A DNA stretch of 40,578 bases from Candidatus Micrarchaeota archaeon (GTDB taxonomy: Archaea > Micrarchaeota > Micrarchaeia > Micrarchaeales > CABMGC01). A program made the position numbers and the translations under genes. Shown piece after piece: positions 8,825-17,418 of this stretch (positions are counted from its first letter, which is position 1; the number at the start of each line of letters is the position of its first letter). The DNA is taken from the NCBI GenBank assembly GCA_027319905.1, contig DAHVMJ010000005.1, forward strand, positions 1-40,578, read 5' to 3'. A model generated the notes under the pieces. It was not told the origin of the DNA. It made no database searches and was given only the letters and a program-made list of their open reading frames with translations.

Positions 8825-9283
8825 TCAACTTGGCGCGCTCTTCAGGAATTCAAGAACTTCGCTGCTGTGTACCTCGGGCTTGACCTTCTCGTATATCTTA
8901 ACGATCACGCCATGACCGTCTATTATGTACGTCTTCCTGAGGGTGCCGATCCCGAATACGCCCCTGTCCCCATAAGCGTCATATGCCTTTATGGTCTTGC
9001 TGTCTGGGTCGGAGAGCAGCAGGAAGTTGAGCTTGTACTTGCTGCCGAACTTGCCGTGCGATGCTATGCTGTCCTTGCTTATGCCCACTATCTCCGCTCC
9101 CGCCTTCCTTATGTCGCCAACCATGTCCCTGAAGCCGCACGCCTCCGTGGTGCAGCCCGGGGTGTCGTCCTTGGGGTAGAAGTAGAGCACAAGGTACTTT
9201 CCCTTGAACTCGCCGAGCGTATGCTTCTTCCCGTCAGATCCCTCCAGTTCAAAATCAGGCGCTTTTGTCCTTTCCGCTATCAT
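8825..9283 (-). CDS. bcp: Bcp/PrxQ peroxiredoxin
   Basis: YFYPKDDTPGCTTEACGFRD with peroxidatic and resolving Cys. Confidence 0.95.
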   Translation of the reverse strand: MIAERTKAPDFELEGSDGKKHTLGEFKGKYLVLYFYPKDDTPGCTTEACGFRDMVGDIRKAGAEIVGISKDSIASHGKFGSKYKLNFLLLSDPDSKTIKAYDAYGDRGVFGIGTLRKTYIIDGHGVIVKIYEKVKPEVHSSEVLEFLKSAPS

Positions 9284-9365
9284 GCCAACCCCCTGTAACC
9301 GATTTGGTCAAAAAAGGTTTATAAGTTAAATCCGAGCATGCTTACTAATTTAAAATCAGTAGATT

Positions 9366-10067
9366 GTGGTCAGTTTGGTCGACGTGTTTGGATTTCTCAG
9401 GGGGCACGGAAAAGAGAAGAAGGCTAGCGCAGCTGGCACGAACATAACCAGCATAGGGATAAGGTACCTGGGCGACAGGCACGGGCTCGACGGCATGCAG
9501 GTGCACGAGAAGGTGTTCGAGCTCAGCATACCGTTCCGCAACAAGACCGGCAGCGACCTGCTTGACGACAGCCTCAAGAGACCTGACCTCAAGATTGAGA
9601 ACATAAGCGTCAGCAAGCCCTTCGAGCTGGTAGACGTGAGCCCTAAGGTGCCCATAGCCGTCAAGTACACTGAGGGAGTCACGCTGAAGCTCAGGATACG
9701 CGCTCCTGACCTGCCATACTCTGGTCCGCTGGAGGTCTCACTCGGAGAGAAGGAGAGCGGCATGGTCCGGGTGCAGATCGAGAAGATGATCGCGGTAGCA
9801 AACGGGAAGAAGACAGTGCTTGAGGAGGCGCCGAGCGTGCTCAGCGTGCAGAAAGGCCAGGTTCTCAAGCGCGACGTTCAGCTGTACAAGTTCATGAAGT
9901 ACGGAGACAGCGTCAGCAAGATAGACGTAAGCCTGCCGTTCGTCTTCTCTGGCTCGGAGCCCAAGCCCCCGTTCAGGATAGACGAGAAGAACAGCTACAT
10001 AATAAGCGTCTTCGTGCTCGCCCCGGACTACAGCTACGCGGGTCCGCTGGAGATACACATCTCATAG
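9366..10067 (+). CDS. Hypothetical protein with two tandem beta-sandwich-like repeats
   Basis: Genome-like codon usage, GTG start after TATA-like AAGGTTTATAAG (~9315); internal duplication ending APDLPYSGPLEV / APDYSYAGPLEI. Confidence 0.75.
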   Translation: MVSLVDVFGFLRGHGKEKKASAAGTNITSIGIRYLGDRHGLDGMQVHEKVFELSIPFRNKTGSDLLDDSLKRPDLKIENISVSKPFELVDVSPKVPIAVKYTEGVTLKLRIRAPDLPYSGPLEVSLGEKESGMVRVQIEKMIAVANGKKTVLEEAPSVLSVQKGQVLKRDVQLYKFMKYGDSVSKIDVSLPFVFSGSEPKPPFRIDEKNSYIISVFVLAPDYSYAGPLEIHIS

Positions 10068-10628
10068 CGAGTTCCAGAGGGTCCAGAACCTGCGCTTCAG
10101 CTCCTCCACCTCACGCTTGTCCGTTATCAGCCGCACGCTCTCAACATTCTTGTGCATTCCCGCATATGTGAGGTTCGCGGATCCCTCAACCGCACGCTTG
10201 TCGCCAACGTATAGTTTTGCGTGCACGAACTCCTTTGGCACCTTGAGGTAGATGCTGTTCCTGTGGAGAAGCGAGTATGCGAGAAGCGCGAAGCCCGCGG
10301 AGATCGTGGCGAACGCTAGGAGCGGATTGAACGAGTTGAGCAGCAGCAACAGCCAGTTTACCGATACCGCGATGAACGTGGCAACTGCGGGGCTGCCCGC
10401 CTCCCTGCGGCGCAGTCTCTTCGCTGCGCTGCCCCTGATCGATGACGAGATTATGTACAGCCTCTTGCCGTGCGCCAGCCTCGCTAGGTATGCGGCGTAG
10501 TAGTCATCCAGGTACGGTGAGATGATCAGCAGGTTCTTCTCCTCCCTCAGCAGTTTGTCGACGTATTTGTACGCGCGTTTTCCGTAGTATGAACTGGTTC
10601 GCTCTTTCAATAGGCTTAAAAAGCCCAT
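10062..10628 (-). CDS. Single-HKD phospholipase D-superfamily protein with internal transmembrane hairpin
   Basis: ISPYLD, HAKLYVGD-x5-GSANLT, NVE motifs. Start placed at ATG 10628 (MGFLSLL); 10652 is also possible. Confidence 0.85.
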   Translation of the reverse strand: MGFLSLLKERTSSYYGKRAYKYVDKLLREEKNLLIISPYLDDYYAAYLARLAHGKRLYIISSSIRGSAAKRLRRREAGSPAVATFIAVSVNWLLLLLNSFNPLLAFATISAGFALLAYSLLHRNSIYLKVPKEFVHAKLYVGDKRAVEGSANLTYAGMHKNVESVRLITDKREVEELKRRFWTLWNSL

Positions 10629-10663
10629 GACAATATTAGATATGAAAAGCAATAAATGGTATT

Positions 10664-11404
10664 ATGGCGAGCGGGCAGAAGCTAGATCTGGTTCTAAGGA
10701 CAAAGATGCCTCATGCTGAACAGCACTCGCGCCCCACCCTGCTATCGAACTTCATCCTCGGCTGCCAGGATGGGCTTGTGAACGTGCTCGGAGTCATACT
10801 GGGAGTCAGCGCCGCGACTAGCGAGGTGCGGATCATATTCGTTGCCGCGCTTGCTGCGCTCGCCGCGGAGTCTATCTCGATGGGAGCGGTGGCGTACACA
10901 TCCACCATAGCGAGGAGGAAGCACTATCTGCGCGAGGTGGAGAGGGAGAAGCACGAGATGAGGACCATGCCCGAGACGGAGAGGGGGGAGGTGCGCGACA
11001 TATTCAAGAAGTGGGGCTACAAGGGCCGGACCCTGGAAGACGTCACTGACAAGATAGTCTCGAATCCCAAGGCGTGGCTCGAGTTCATGATGGCGCACGA
11101 GCTCGACCTTGAGCCCGTGGAGAGAAGGGCTCCGCTGCGCAGCGCGTGGGTGGTGGGCGGAGCCGCGGTCGTGGGCTCGATAGTGCCTCTGATACCCTTC
11201 TTCTTCACCGGAAGCAACATAGCAATGGGCACGGAGACTGCGGTGGTGATAAGCGGCATAGCGCTGTTCGGGATAGGCGTATACGAGGCGAAGACCACCG
11301 TGGGCTCGCTCTGGAGGAGCGGATTGCAGATTGCCATAATAGGCCTGGTGGCTGGATTCGCCGGGTATCTCATAGGCAGCCTGCTCGGAGCCGCCCCAGT
11401 CTAG
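10664..11404 (+). CDS. VIT1/CCC1 family Fe/Mn transporter
   Basis: ILGCQDGLV, SISMG, Glu-rich cytoplasmic domain (EREKHE...MMAHELDL), five TM segments. Confidence 0.93.
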   Translation: MASGQKLDLVLRTKMPHAEQHSRPTLLSNFILGCQDGLVNVLGVILGVSAATSEVRIIFVAALAALAAESISMGAVAYTSTIARRKHYLREVEREKHEMRTMPETERGEVRDIFKKWGYKGRTLEDVTDKIVSNPKAWLEFMMAHELDLEPVERRAPLRSAWVVGGAAVVGSIVPLIPFFFTGSNIAMGTETAVVISGIALFGIGVYEAKTTVGSLWRSGLQIAIIGLVAGFAGYLIGSLLGAAPV

Positions 11405-11453
11405 ATGGCGAAAAGCAATAAGAATATTCGTTGTATATGAGTTTGGGAGCGCC

Positions 11454-12584
11454 TTGGAGACAAAGAGCAAGAAGGAGATCAAGGGAAGGATGCTGCGCCT
11501 GCTCAGCGTAGACGCGCGCATGAGCATGCAGGACCTGGCCAACAACCTCAAGACCACCAAGGTAAACGCATACAACGCATTCAACGAGCTGTCGGGCGAG
11601 TACGGGATGAGATTCGTGCCCGAGATAGGAATAGACAAGCTCTGGAAGTGGGAGTTCATCAAGAGGGCCAGGCTCAGGACAAAGCGCGGCATACTGGCCG
11701 AGGCGGTGGAGGAGCTGCCGCTGACCGGCTTCGGCGAATATCTCGTATTCGTGAAGTTCATAGGCAAGAAGCCGGAAGACGGCGAGATAGTGAAGGCGAT
11801 GGGCGGCTCATACGCCGCGCAGTTCGCCGCGAAGGTCAATGGGGAGAACGACCTTGTCATATACGTGGTGGAGAGGAGCTACGAGGATGCTGTCCGCTTC
11901 ACCGACGTGCTGAGCAAGAACCTGAGCAGGTACAAGATGGTCGCATCGACAACCAAGGTGTGGAGCAGGTTCGGCTTCTTCCCTCTGAGCAACAAGCTGA
12001 TAGAGCAGTTCGACATATTCGACACTTACAAGAACCTGCTCTTCGGCCTCAACGATGGCGGGAGGAACACGTTCACCGACATAGGCAAGCGCTTCAACCA
12101 GGGGCCTGCGCAGATGCTGTACGCGTATGACAGGCTCGCGCGCACCGAGATACTCAAGCGGGTAAGCTACTTCGAGGCCAAGCCGAGGAGTACCTACAGG
12201 ATAGTGGCCGTGGCAAAGATAGAGAACGACAAGGAGTACGAGGAGGCGAAGAACGGCTGGTTCATCAAGCTGGTCAAGGAGTACGAGAAGAGGGAGAACG
12301 AGTTCGTCTTCATGTGCGACACGCCAAGCCCGCGCGGCGCGGTTGTCATAGCAGAACTGGCAAGCAAGACGGCAGCCAACAAGTTCCTGTCAAGGATGAA
12401 GAGCGGGCTGAAGGGAGCGGAGATAAGCAGCATGCAGCTCACCAAGGTGCTCGTGGGCAATTTGGGGGTGCGCGACTTCGACATGAGGTACACGTCGCAG
12501 TACAAGCGCCTTGAGAGGAACAGGGTCGTGCCATCGATCGCAGAAAAGGGAGTCGAGGCGGTAGAGAACCCGAACGCGATCTGA
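11454..12584 (+). CDS. Tandem (double) wHTH Lrp/AsnC-like transcriptional regulator
   Basis: LSVDARMSMQDLANNL HTH, second HTH-like GGRNTFTDIGKRF, GFFP linker motif shared with the neighbouring gene. TTG start. Confidence 0.7.
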   Translation: METKSKKEIKGRMLRLLSVDARMSMQDLANNLKTTKVNAYNAFNELSGEYGMRFVPEIGIDKLWKWEFIKRARLRTKRGILAEAVEELPLTGFGEYLVFVKFIGKKPEDGEIVKAMGGSYAAQFAAKVNGENDLVIYVVERSYEDAVRFTDVLSKNLSRYKMVASTTKVWSRFGFFPLSNKLIEQFDIFDTYKNLLFGLNDGGRNTFTDIGKRFNQGPAQMLYAYDRLARTEILKRVSYFEAKPRSTYRIVAVAKIENDKEYEEAKNGWFIKLVKEYEKRENEFVFMCDTPSPRGAVVIAELASKTAANKFLSRMKSGLKGAEISSMQLTKVLVGNLGVRDFDMRYTSQYKRLERNRVVPSIAEKGVEAVENPNAI

Positions 12585-12594
12585 CCGCTTATCC

Positions 12595-13599
12595 CTAAAG
12601 CGTATACCTGTACACCGCCTTGGCATCTACGTTCCTAAGCGGCAGGCTGCCCACAGGCACGCTCGTTATCACCGCGTGCACAGCCTTCGACTTGCCGAAT
12701 CTCCTGAACGCATTCCTGAAGGCGGTCACCATGTCCACGTAGGCACGGTGCCTGTTCCTGAATGAGCCGAGAACGAAGAAGCCGTAGCTGCCGGCTAGGG
12801 CTGCTGTCGCCTGATACCTGTTCAGCATGCCCTCGGCATCGTCGTGCGTGAAGAGGTTCACCGTTACCAGTGCGGTTCCCTTGGCGTCATCGGAAGGTAT
12901 GAACCTGCTCAGCAGGGTCATCGGCACCACGCCCTCAGACATTCCAGCCGATACAGTGAACCTCTTTATGTAGCCCCTTGCAACCAGCCTCTTGATGTGG
13001 TACGACACGCTCTTGTAGCCTATGCCCGTAGCTCTGGAGATCGCGTCAAGCGGCATCCTGGAGTTGGAGTTGAGAAGCAGGAGTATCTTCCTGTCCTTCT
13101 CCTTGAGAGGAGATCTCGCTATAGCCTCATTCCTTACCGGCAGGAACCCGAGCCTCTGATACGATATCTCCGACTCCTCCCATCGCGTCCTGTATGGAAG
13201 TATCAGCTTGTTGCGCATCGTCGCATTCCACGCGTAGTATTCTTCCTTTGAAAATGCGTTAGCGTATACGATCATGTCGTACTGCCCGGACGTCAGCGCG
13301 ACCAGCTGGGTCACGTGCGATCGCGAGAGCAGCTCGATAACGCGTCCGTATGCCGGTCTCCTTCTGAACTTCATCACTATGAGATGAGGCTCCGTGAGCC
13401 CTATCGCGCGAGGATCCAGCTCCAGAAGGTATCTCAGGTTGAAATGCTTCTCCGTGGCGGCTAGCCTCCGCTGAACGTTTGGGCGGGAGACTCCCAGCGC
13501 GGCCGAGAGATCGCTTATGCTCGCCCGTGAGTTCATTGAAAGCTCCCGAATCAGCCGGCCGGTATATGCGCTGTGCCAGCCTGTTTTCTCATCCACCAT
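12595..13599 (-). CDS. Tandem (double) wHTH Lrp/AsnC-like transcriptional regulator
   Basis: LSMNSRASISDLSAALGVSRPNV and DRKILLLLNSNSRMPLDAISRATGI...IKRLVARGYIKRFT Lrp-type HTHs; SGQYDM RAM-like motif. Confidence 0.85.
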   Translation of the reverse strand: MVDEKTGWHSAYTGRLIRELSMNSRASISDLSAALGVSRPNVQRRLAATEKHFNLRYLLELDPRAIGLTEPHLIVMKFRRRPAYGRVIELLSRSHVTQLVALTSGQYDMIVYANAFSKEEYYAWNATMRNKLILPYRTRWEESEISYQRLGFLPVRNEAIARSPLKEKDRKILLLLNSNSRMPLDAISRATGIGYKSVSYHIKRLVARGYIKRFTVSAGMSEGVVPMTLLSRFIPSDDAKGTALVTVNLFTHDDAEGMLNRYQATAALAGSYGFFVLGSFRNRHRAYVDMVTAFRNAFRRFGKSKAVHAVITSVPVGSLPLRNVDAKAVYRYTL

Positions 13600-13706
13600 G
13601 ATTCTTGATATTCAAAATAAATTTAAAAAGTATTCCTATAATACGACTGTGACGTTTTCAAAAATCTAAAGATACGTTAGAAAGTTTAGCAAAAAATCAA
13701 GACGTT

Positions 13707-13726
13707 TATATCATGTTTGTGATATA
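13707..13726. promoter_or_regulatory. Palindrome overlapping TATA box between divergent regulator and HD genes
   Basis: TATATCA-TGTTTG-TGATATA, a perfect 7-bp inverted repeat overlapping TTTATA in an AT-rich intergenic region. Confidence 0.55.
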
Positions 13727-13739
13727 GAGCAGTGAGATC

Positions 13740-14447
13740 TTGGAAACTGTTGTGAAGAACGGGCACAAGATAGAGGAAGAGGCGCTGCGTGACGTCAGGC
13801 GCATGCTAAGCTACGCCGAATCGCTGGGCCTGCACTACCACAACATCGAACACACGGTTGGCGTGGCAAAAGAAGCAGGAAGGCTGGCGGATATCGAGGG
13901 CATAGGCGGTAGCGACAGGACGCATCTGACGCTGGCGGCGCTGTACCACGATACCGGCATGCTGATAAGGCAGAAGGGGCACGAGGAGGTCGGAGCCGCA
14001 ATCGCGCGGAACTGGCTCGAGAGCAGCCAGTATGGAAACCAGGACATAAAGGAGGTGGAGAGGCTGATAGTCTTCGGCACGAGGATGCCTCCAAACCCCA
14101 GGGACCTGCTTGAGGAGATAATCTGCGCGTCGGACCACAGGAACATATGCAAGCCGGAGTTCTTCTCTGACAACATCAGGCTGAAGCGGGAGCGCGAGGC
14201 GCTGGAAGGCAGGCAGATACCGATGCTCGAGTGGTATGCGGCAACCCGCGACGGCTACCTGGAGGCTCTTCTGAAGAACGAGAGGTTCATGCACGCAATC
14301 AGGAGGTTCGGCATGGAATCTGGAATGAGAGAGAACTACTCGAAGCTGAGTACGCTGATAGAGGACCTGGCGCTGGACAACCTTCCCAGATACGTGCCCA
14401 GGACCGACTCCACATTCGGCAGGCTGAGCACGGCCAGAAGGACCTAG
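13740..14447 (+). CDS. HD-domain metal-dependent phosphohydrolase
   Basis: YHNIEHT, AALYHDTG, GHEEVG, ICASD motifs. TTG start. Confidence 0.88.
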   Translation: METVVKNGHKIEEEALRDVRRMLSYAESLGLHYHNIEHTVGVAKEAGRLADIEGIGGSDRTHLTLAALYHDTGMLIRQKGHEEVGAAIARNWLESSQYGNQDIKEVERLIVFGTRMPPNPRDLLEEIICASDHRNICKPEFFSDNIRLKREREALEGRQIPMLEWYAATRDGYLEALLKNERFMHAIRRFGMESGMRENYSKLSTLIEDLALDNLPRYVPRTDSTFGRLSTARRT

Positions 14448-14466
14448 GGGCACGCCGAGCTGGATG

Positions 14467-15858
14467 CTATTCCAGCTTGCCCTGCTCCTTGGTGTAGAGT
14501 ATGAGCTCCGGATGCCTTCTCGGCATCGGGTTGGCGCGTATGCCGTATATCGCCTTTATGCCCTTCTCGAGCGAGAGCTCTACAAGGCGCTGTGTTATCA
14601 CGCCGTCGAGCACGAGAGCGTATGCGCCGCTCATGTCCTGCAGCGTTGTGAGGAGCTCTCGTATCGGCACCTCCTTGATCACATTGCCGTCTGGCGAGTA
14701 GACCCTGCTCCTCAGCGATCCTGAAAGCTCCACCAGTCCGTTGGCCAGCTGGCCCAGAAGGGCGCTCTCCAACACAGGCTTGGCCTGGGCGCCGGCGGCG
14801 CCGGAGTAAGACGAGACAGGGGAGCTCTCTATCTTCTGCAGGCCCTCGTGCTGCTCCTCTTCCTCGTTCCTCAGGTCCTTGATGTACGGCTTGTCAACCT
14901 GTTCGAACATCTCATCGTTCTGCTGCGCAGGCTCGGGCCTGGGCTGCTGCTGGCGCTCGTACTGCTGCTGGTGGTGATGGTCCCTGCGGTCCCTCCTGTC
15001 CTGCCCGTGATTGTACTTGTTCCTCTCTGCCCCGAGGTACTGCTCTATCGGCACCTTGCTCCTGAGCGCCTTGATCACCTCCTTCCTTGCCAGCTCCTCC
15101 ACCTCCTTTCCGTCAGGGGCCTTGGCCACGAAGTCGACGTCGAGCACGCTGAGCAGCGACCTTATGACCAGGTCTCCGCCCCTGTCACCGTCGACAAACA
15201 CGGTAACCTCCTTCTCTGCGGCTAGGCCGATTATCGTCTTTGGCACGTTGGCCGTCGCGCCGCCTATTGCTATGGAGTTGGTTATGTTGTTCCTGAGCAG
15301 GTTGATCACGTCAGCCCTGCCCTCTACGAAGATGACCTCGTTGTTCTTGGCGATGTCTGGCCCGGCAGGAAGGTGGTCCTGTCCAAACTCGACTATCTCG
15401 CTGCTCTTGACCTCGCTCTGCACCAGCTCGGAGAGCTCCTTGCTGTCCGGTATCTCCGTCGCGAGCAGCTGCTTCATGAGCATCTTCGCCCTGTCGAGTA
15501 TGTGCCTGCGCTTCTCCGCCCTCGTGTCCTCGACCTTCTCCACCTGGAACTGGGCCTCGAACGGTCCGACGCGGTCTACAGACTCAACCGCAGCCGCAAG
15601 TATGCAGGTCTCTACCCTGTCAAGCGACGCCGGAAGGAAGAGCTTTCCGTAGGTCTTGCTTCCCGATTGCGACACGTCAATCTCTATCCTTCCTATCTTG
15701 CCGCTCTTCTGCAGCTCCCTCAGGTCCAGCTCGTCGCCGAGCAGGCCCTCGGTCTGCCCGAAGACAGCGCCTATGATGTCGGGTTTGTCAACCAAACCCT
15801 CTATCCCGAACTTAGCCGTAACCATGTACTTTACAATATCCAAATATGTTTTTGCCAT
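14467..15858 (-). CDS. dnaG: Archaeal DnaG (toprim; exosome-associated RNA-binding protein)
   Basis: VDKPDIIGAVFGQTEGLLG..LDLRELQKSGKIGRI, VEGRADV, DGDRGG, C-terminal DGVITQRL. Confidence 0.96.
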   Translation of the reverse strand: MAKTYLDIVKYMVTAKFGIEGLVDKPDIIGAVFGQTEGLLGDELDLRELQKSGKIGRIEIDVSQSGSKTYGKLFLPASLDRVETCILAAAVESVDRVGPFEAQFQVEKVEDTRAEKRRHILDRAKMLMKQLLATEIPDSKELSELVQSEVKSSEIVEFGQDHLPAGPDIAKNNEVIFVEGRADVINLLRNNITNSIAIGGATANVPKTIIGLAAEKEVTVFVDGDRGGDLVIRSLLSVLDVDFVAKAPDGKEVEELARKEVIKALRSKVPIEQYLGAERNKYNHGQDRRDRRDHHHQQQYERQQQPRPEPAQQNDEMFEQVDKPYIKDLRNEEEEQHEGLQKIESSPVSSYSGAAGAQAKPVLESALLGQLANGLVELSGSLRSRVYSPDGNVIKEVPIRELLTTLQDMSGAYALVLDGVITQRLVELSLEKGIKAIYGIRANPMPRRHPELILYTKEQGKLE

Positions 15859-15859
15859 G

Positions 15860-16285
15860 CTATCTCCACTTTTCGCCGTCTACCTTTCCTCCGTCTCCTT
15901 TTCGCAGCAGTCTAACTGTCGGCCTCCTAAGCTCCTCCGTGCACCTCACTCCGGCATCCAGGTGAACTTCGCGCCCGGGCTTCGTATCCACTACAGAATG
16001 GGGGTACTGGAAGCGTACGAAAGGAACAAGGTTCTTCTCAAGCTTCTCCTTGCCGCTAGGGTCGCTATCGAGCATCGAGATTATCCGAAGGCCGTCGAAT
16101 GCGTGCCCGTTGAGCACGAACTCGTCGAGCTTGTAGATGCTCTCAGCAGGTACCAGGAATGGTTCCCCTACAAGCACTCGCTTGTCGTGTTCGCCCTCGA
16201 CCACCTTGGGCACAGAAGGATCGCGCAGCAGTTCTATGTTCCTTGCCATACGCCTGGATTTCTCCTCGTATCTTGTGCGCTGCAC
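15860..16285 (-). CDS. Small stand-alone toprim-domain protein
   Basis: VVEGEHD and LDSDPSG toprim motifs; ends 1 nt before the dnaG start. Start may be the ATG of MARNIE. Confidence 0.75.
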   Translation of the reverse strand: MQRTRYEEKSRRMARNIELLRDPSVPKVVEGEHDKRVLVGEPFLVPAESIYKLDEFVLNGHAFDGLRIISMLDSDPSGKEKLEKNLVPFVRFQYPHSVVDTKPGREVHLDAGVRCTEELRRPTVRLLRKGDGGKVDGEKWR

Positions 16286-16466
16286 CGTATACTCACTGCA
16301 CAGCCGTGGCTAGAGAGAAAAAGGCACTTGTACTACTTTACCCCCGAAAAAACAGAGTGAAGTAAGAATTACCATGGTACTCTCTATCCAGCCTGAAGCT
16401 GCATACCTATTGACCAGGATACCATTATATAGGTTTTCTATAGGTTAGCAATATGGCGGCGACCAC

Positions 16467-16850
16467 GTGACCAGATACGATAAAGGGGCCAGGAGCGAGC
16501 GCGAACTGCTCAATATGCTTGACCAGAAGGGCTACTCCGTGCTCAGGAGCGCCGGTTCTGGCGTGAACGCGCTCAGCCCCGATCTCATAGCCCTGAGGAA
16601 GGGGAAGGGCCTCGTGATAGAGTGCAAGGCATGGGAGAAGAGCAGCCTGAGCCTCGCCCCGGAGCAGTTCGAGAAGATACTGGAGTGGGAGACGCGCACC
16701 GAGTTCCCAACGTTCGTCGCCTGGCGCATGAACGGCATGGGCTGGTTCTTCATAAAGCCTGCTGAGTTCGTGCGGGGAAAGAGCAACTGGAACGTGACCA
16801 GGAGGAATGTGCTGCAACGCAACCGCAAGCTGGAGGATGTGCTTGAATAG
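16467..16850 (+). CDS. hjc: Archaeal Holliday junction resolvase Hjc
   Basis: KGARSEREL, VLRSAGSG, PDLIA, IECK (PD-(D/E)xK). Confidence 0.93.
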   Translation: MTRYDKGARSERELLNMLDQKGYSVLRSAGSGVNALSPDLIALRKGKGLVIECKAWEKSSLSLAPEQFEKILEWETRTEFPTFVAWRMNGMGWFFIKPAEFVRGKSNWNVTRRNVLQRNRKLEDVLE

Positions 16851-16859
16851 TGCCAGATG

Positions 16860-17414
16860 TCAAGACAGGTCCACCGCTATCGGGCACTGGCTCATGTAGG
16901 GGCTGTCGCCGTTGACGTAGAGCCTCGAGGTCGTTATCCGCGTCTGGTTCGTAGAGCTGTAGTTGAGTACCACGCTGGGCTCGCTCATCGTCATGTTTAT
17001 GCAGTTCTGTATCGTGTTAGTGGCGAGGTTGACCGTGTGCCCGAGCCCTCCGACGGGGTAGGTGCACGTTGTTCCGTTGAGCACGAAGAAGTCTATGCTC
17101 GACGCGTTGCGCGAGTGTGCCGCTATCTGCACCACCTGCGTGGCGCACTGCAGCACCGCGCCAGAGTAGGAGTTGTTCGAGTACTGCGCAACAACCGCGA
17201 TGCGCGACGATGAGAGGAAGTTGGACTTGAAGGTGCTGAACGGGACGCTCAGCATCGGGAGCACAACAGCGAAGAAGATAACGAAGACGACCAGCAGCGG
17301 CACGCCTATCATCAGCGCAGCCTTCAGGTCTGAGCGCTCCTGTCTCCTCTCCTTCCTCTCCTCGCTTGCCTTGGCCCTTGCCCTCTCCTTCCTGTTTGAA
17401 GCCTCTTTTGCCAT
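16860..17414 (-). CDS. Type II membrane protein with extracellular 4-Cys domain
   Basis: Highly basic N-terminus, one TM, Asn/Ser/Thr-rich domain with N-x-S/T sequons and four Cys. Confidence 0.8.
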   Translation of the reverse strand: MAKEASNRKERARAKASEERKERRQERSDLKAALMIGVPLLVVFVIFFAVVLPMLSVPFSTFKSNFLSSSRIAVVAQYSNNSYSGAVLQCATQVVQIAAHSRNASSIDFFVLNGTTCTYPVGGLGHTVNLATNTIQNCINMTMSEPSVVLNYSSTNQTRITTSRLYVNGDSPYMSQCPIAVDLS

Positions 17415-17418
17415 AGAA

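Noticed and set aside
10742-11860. 372-aa minus-strand ORF
   Set aside because: Antisense to VIT1 and the Lrp-like gene; composition typical of a shadow frame.
13740-14447. HD protein as part of a cyclic-nucleotide defence system or as a Cas3 HD domain
   Set aside because: No cyclase, TM effector, helicase or cas gene nearby; only a stand-alone HD call is supported.
15860-16285. Toprim + DnaG + Hjc as a novel replication or mobile module
   Set aside because: A small toprim gene next to dnaG is, to my knowledge, an ordinary archaeal arrangement; no mobility genes are present.
15011-16360. Plus-strand ORFs of 180-234 aa
   Set aside because: Antisense to dnaG and the toprim gene; no independent evidence.
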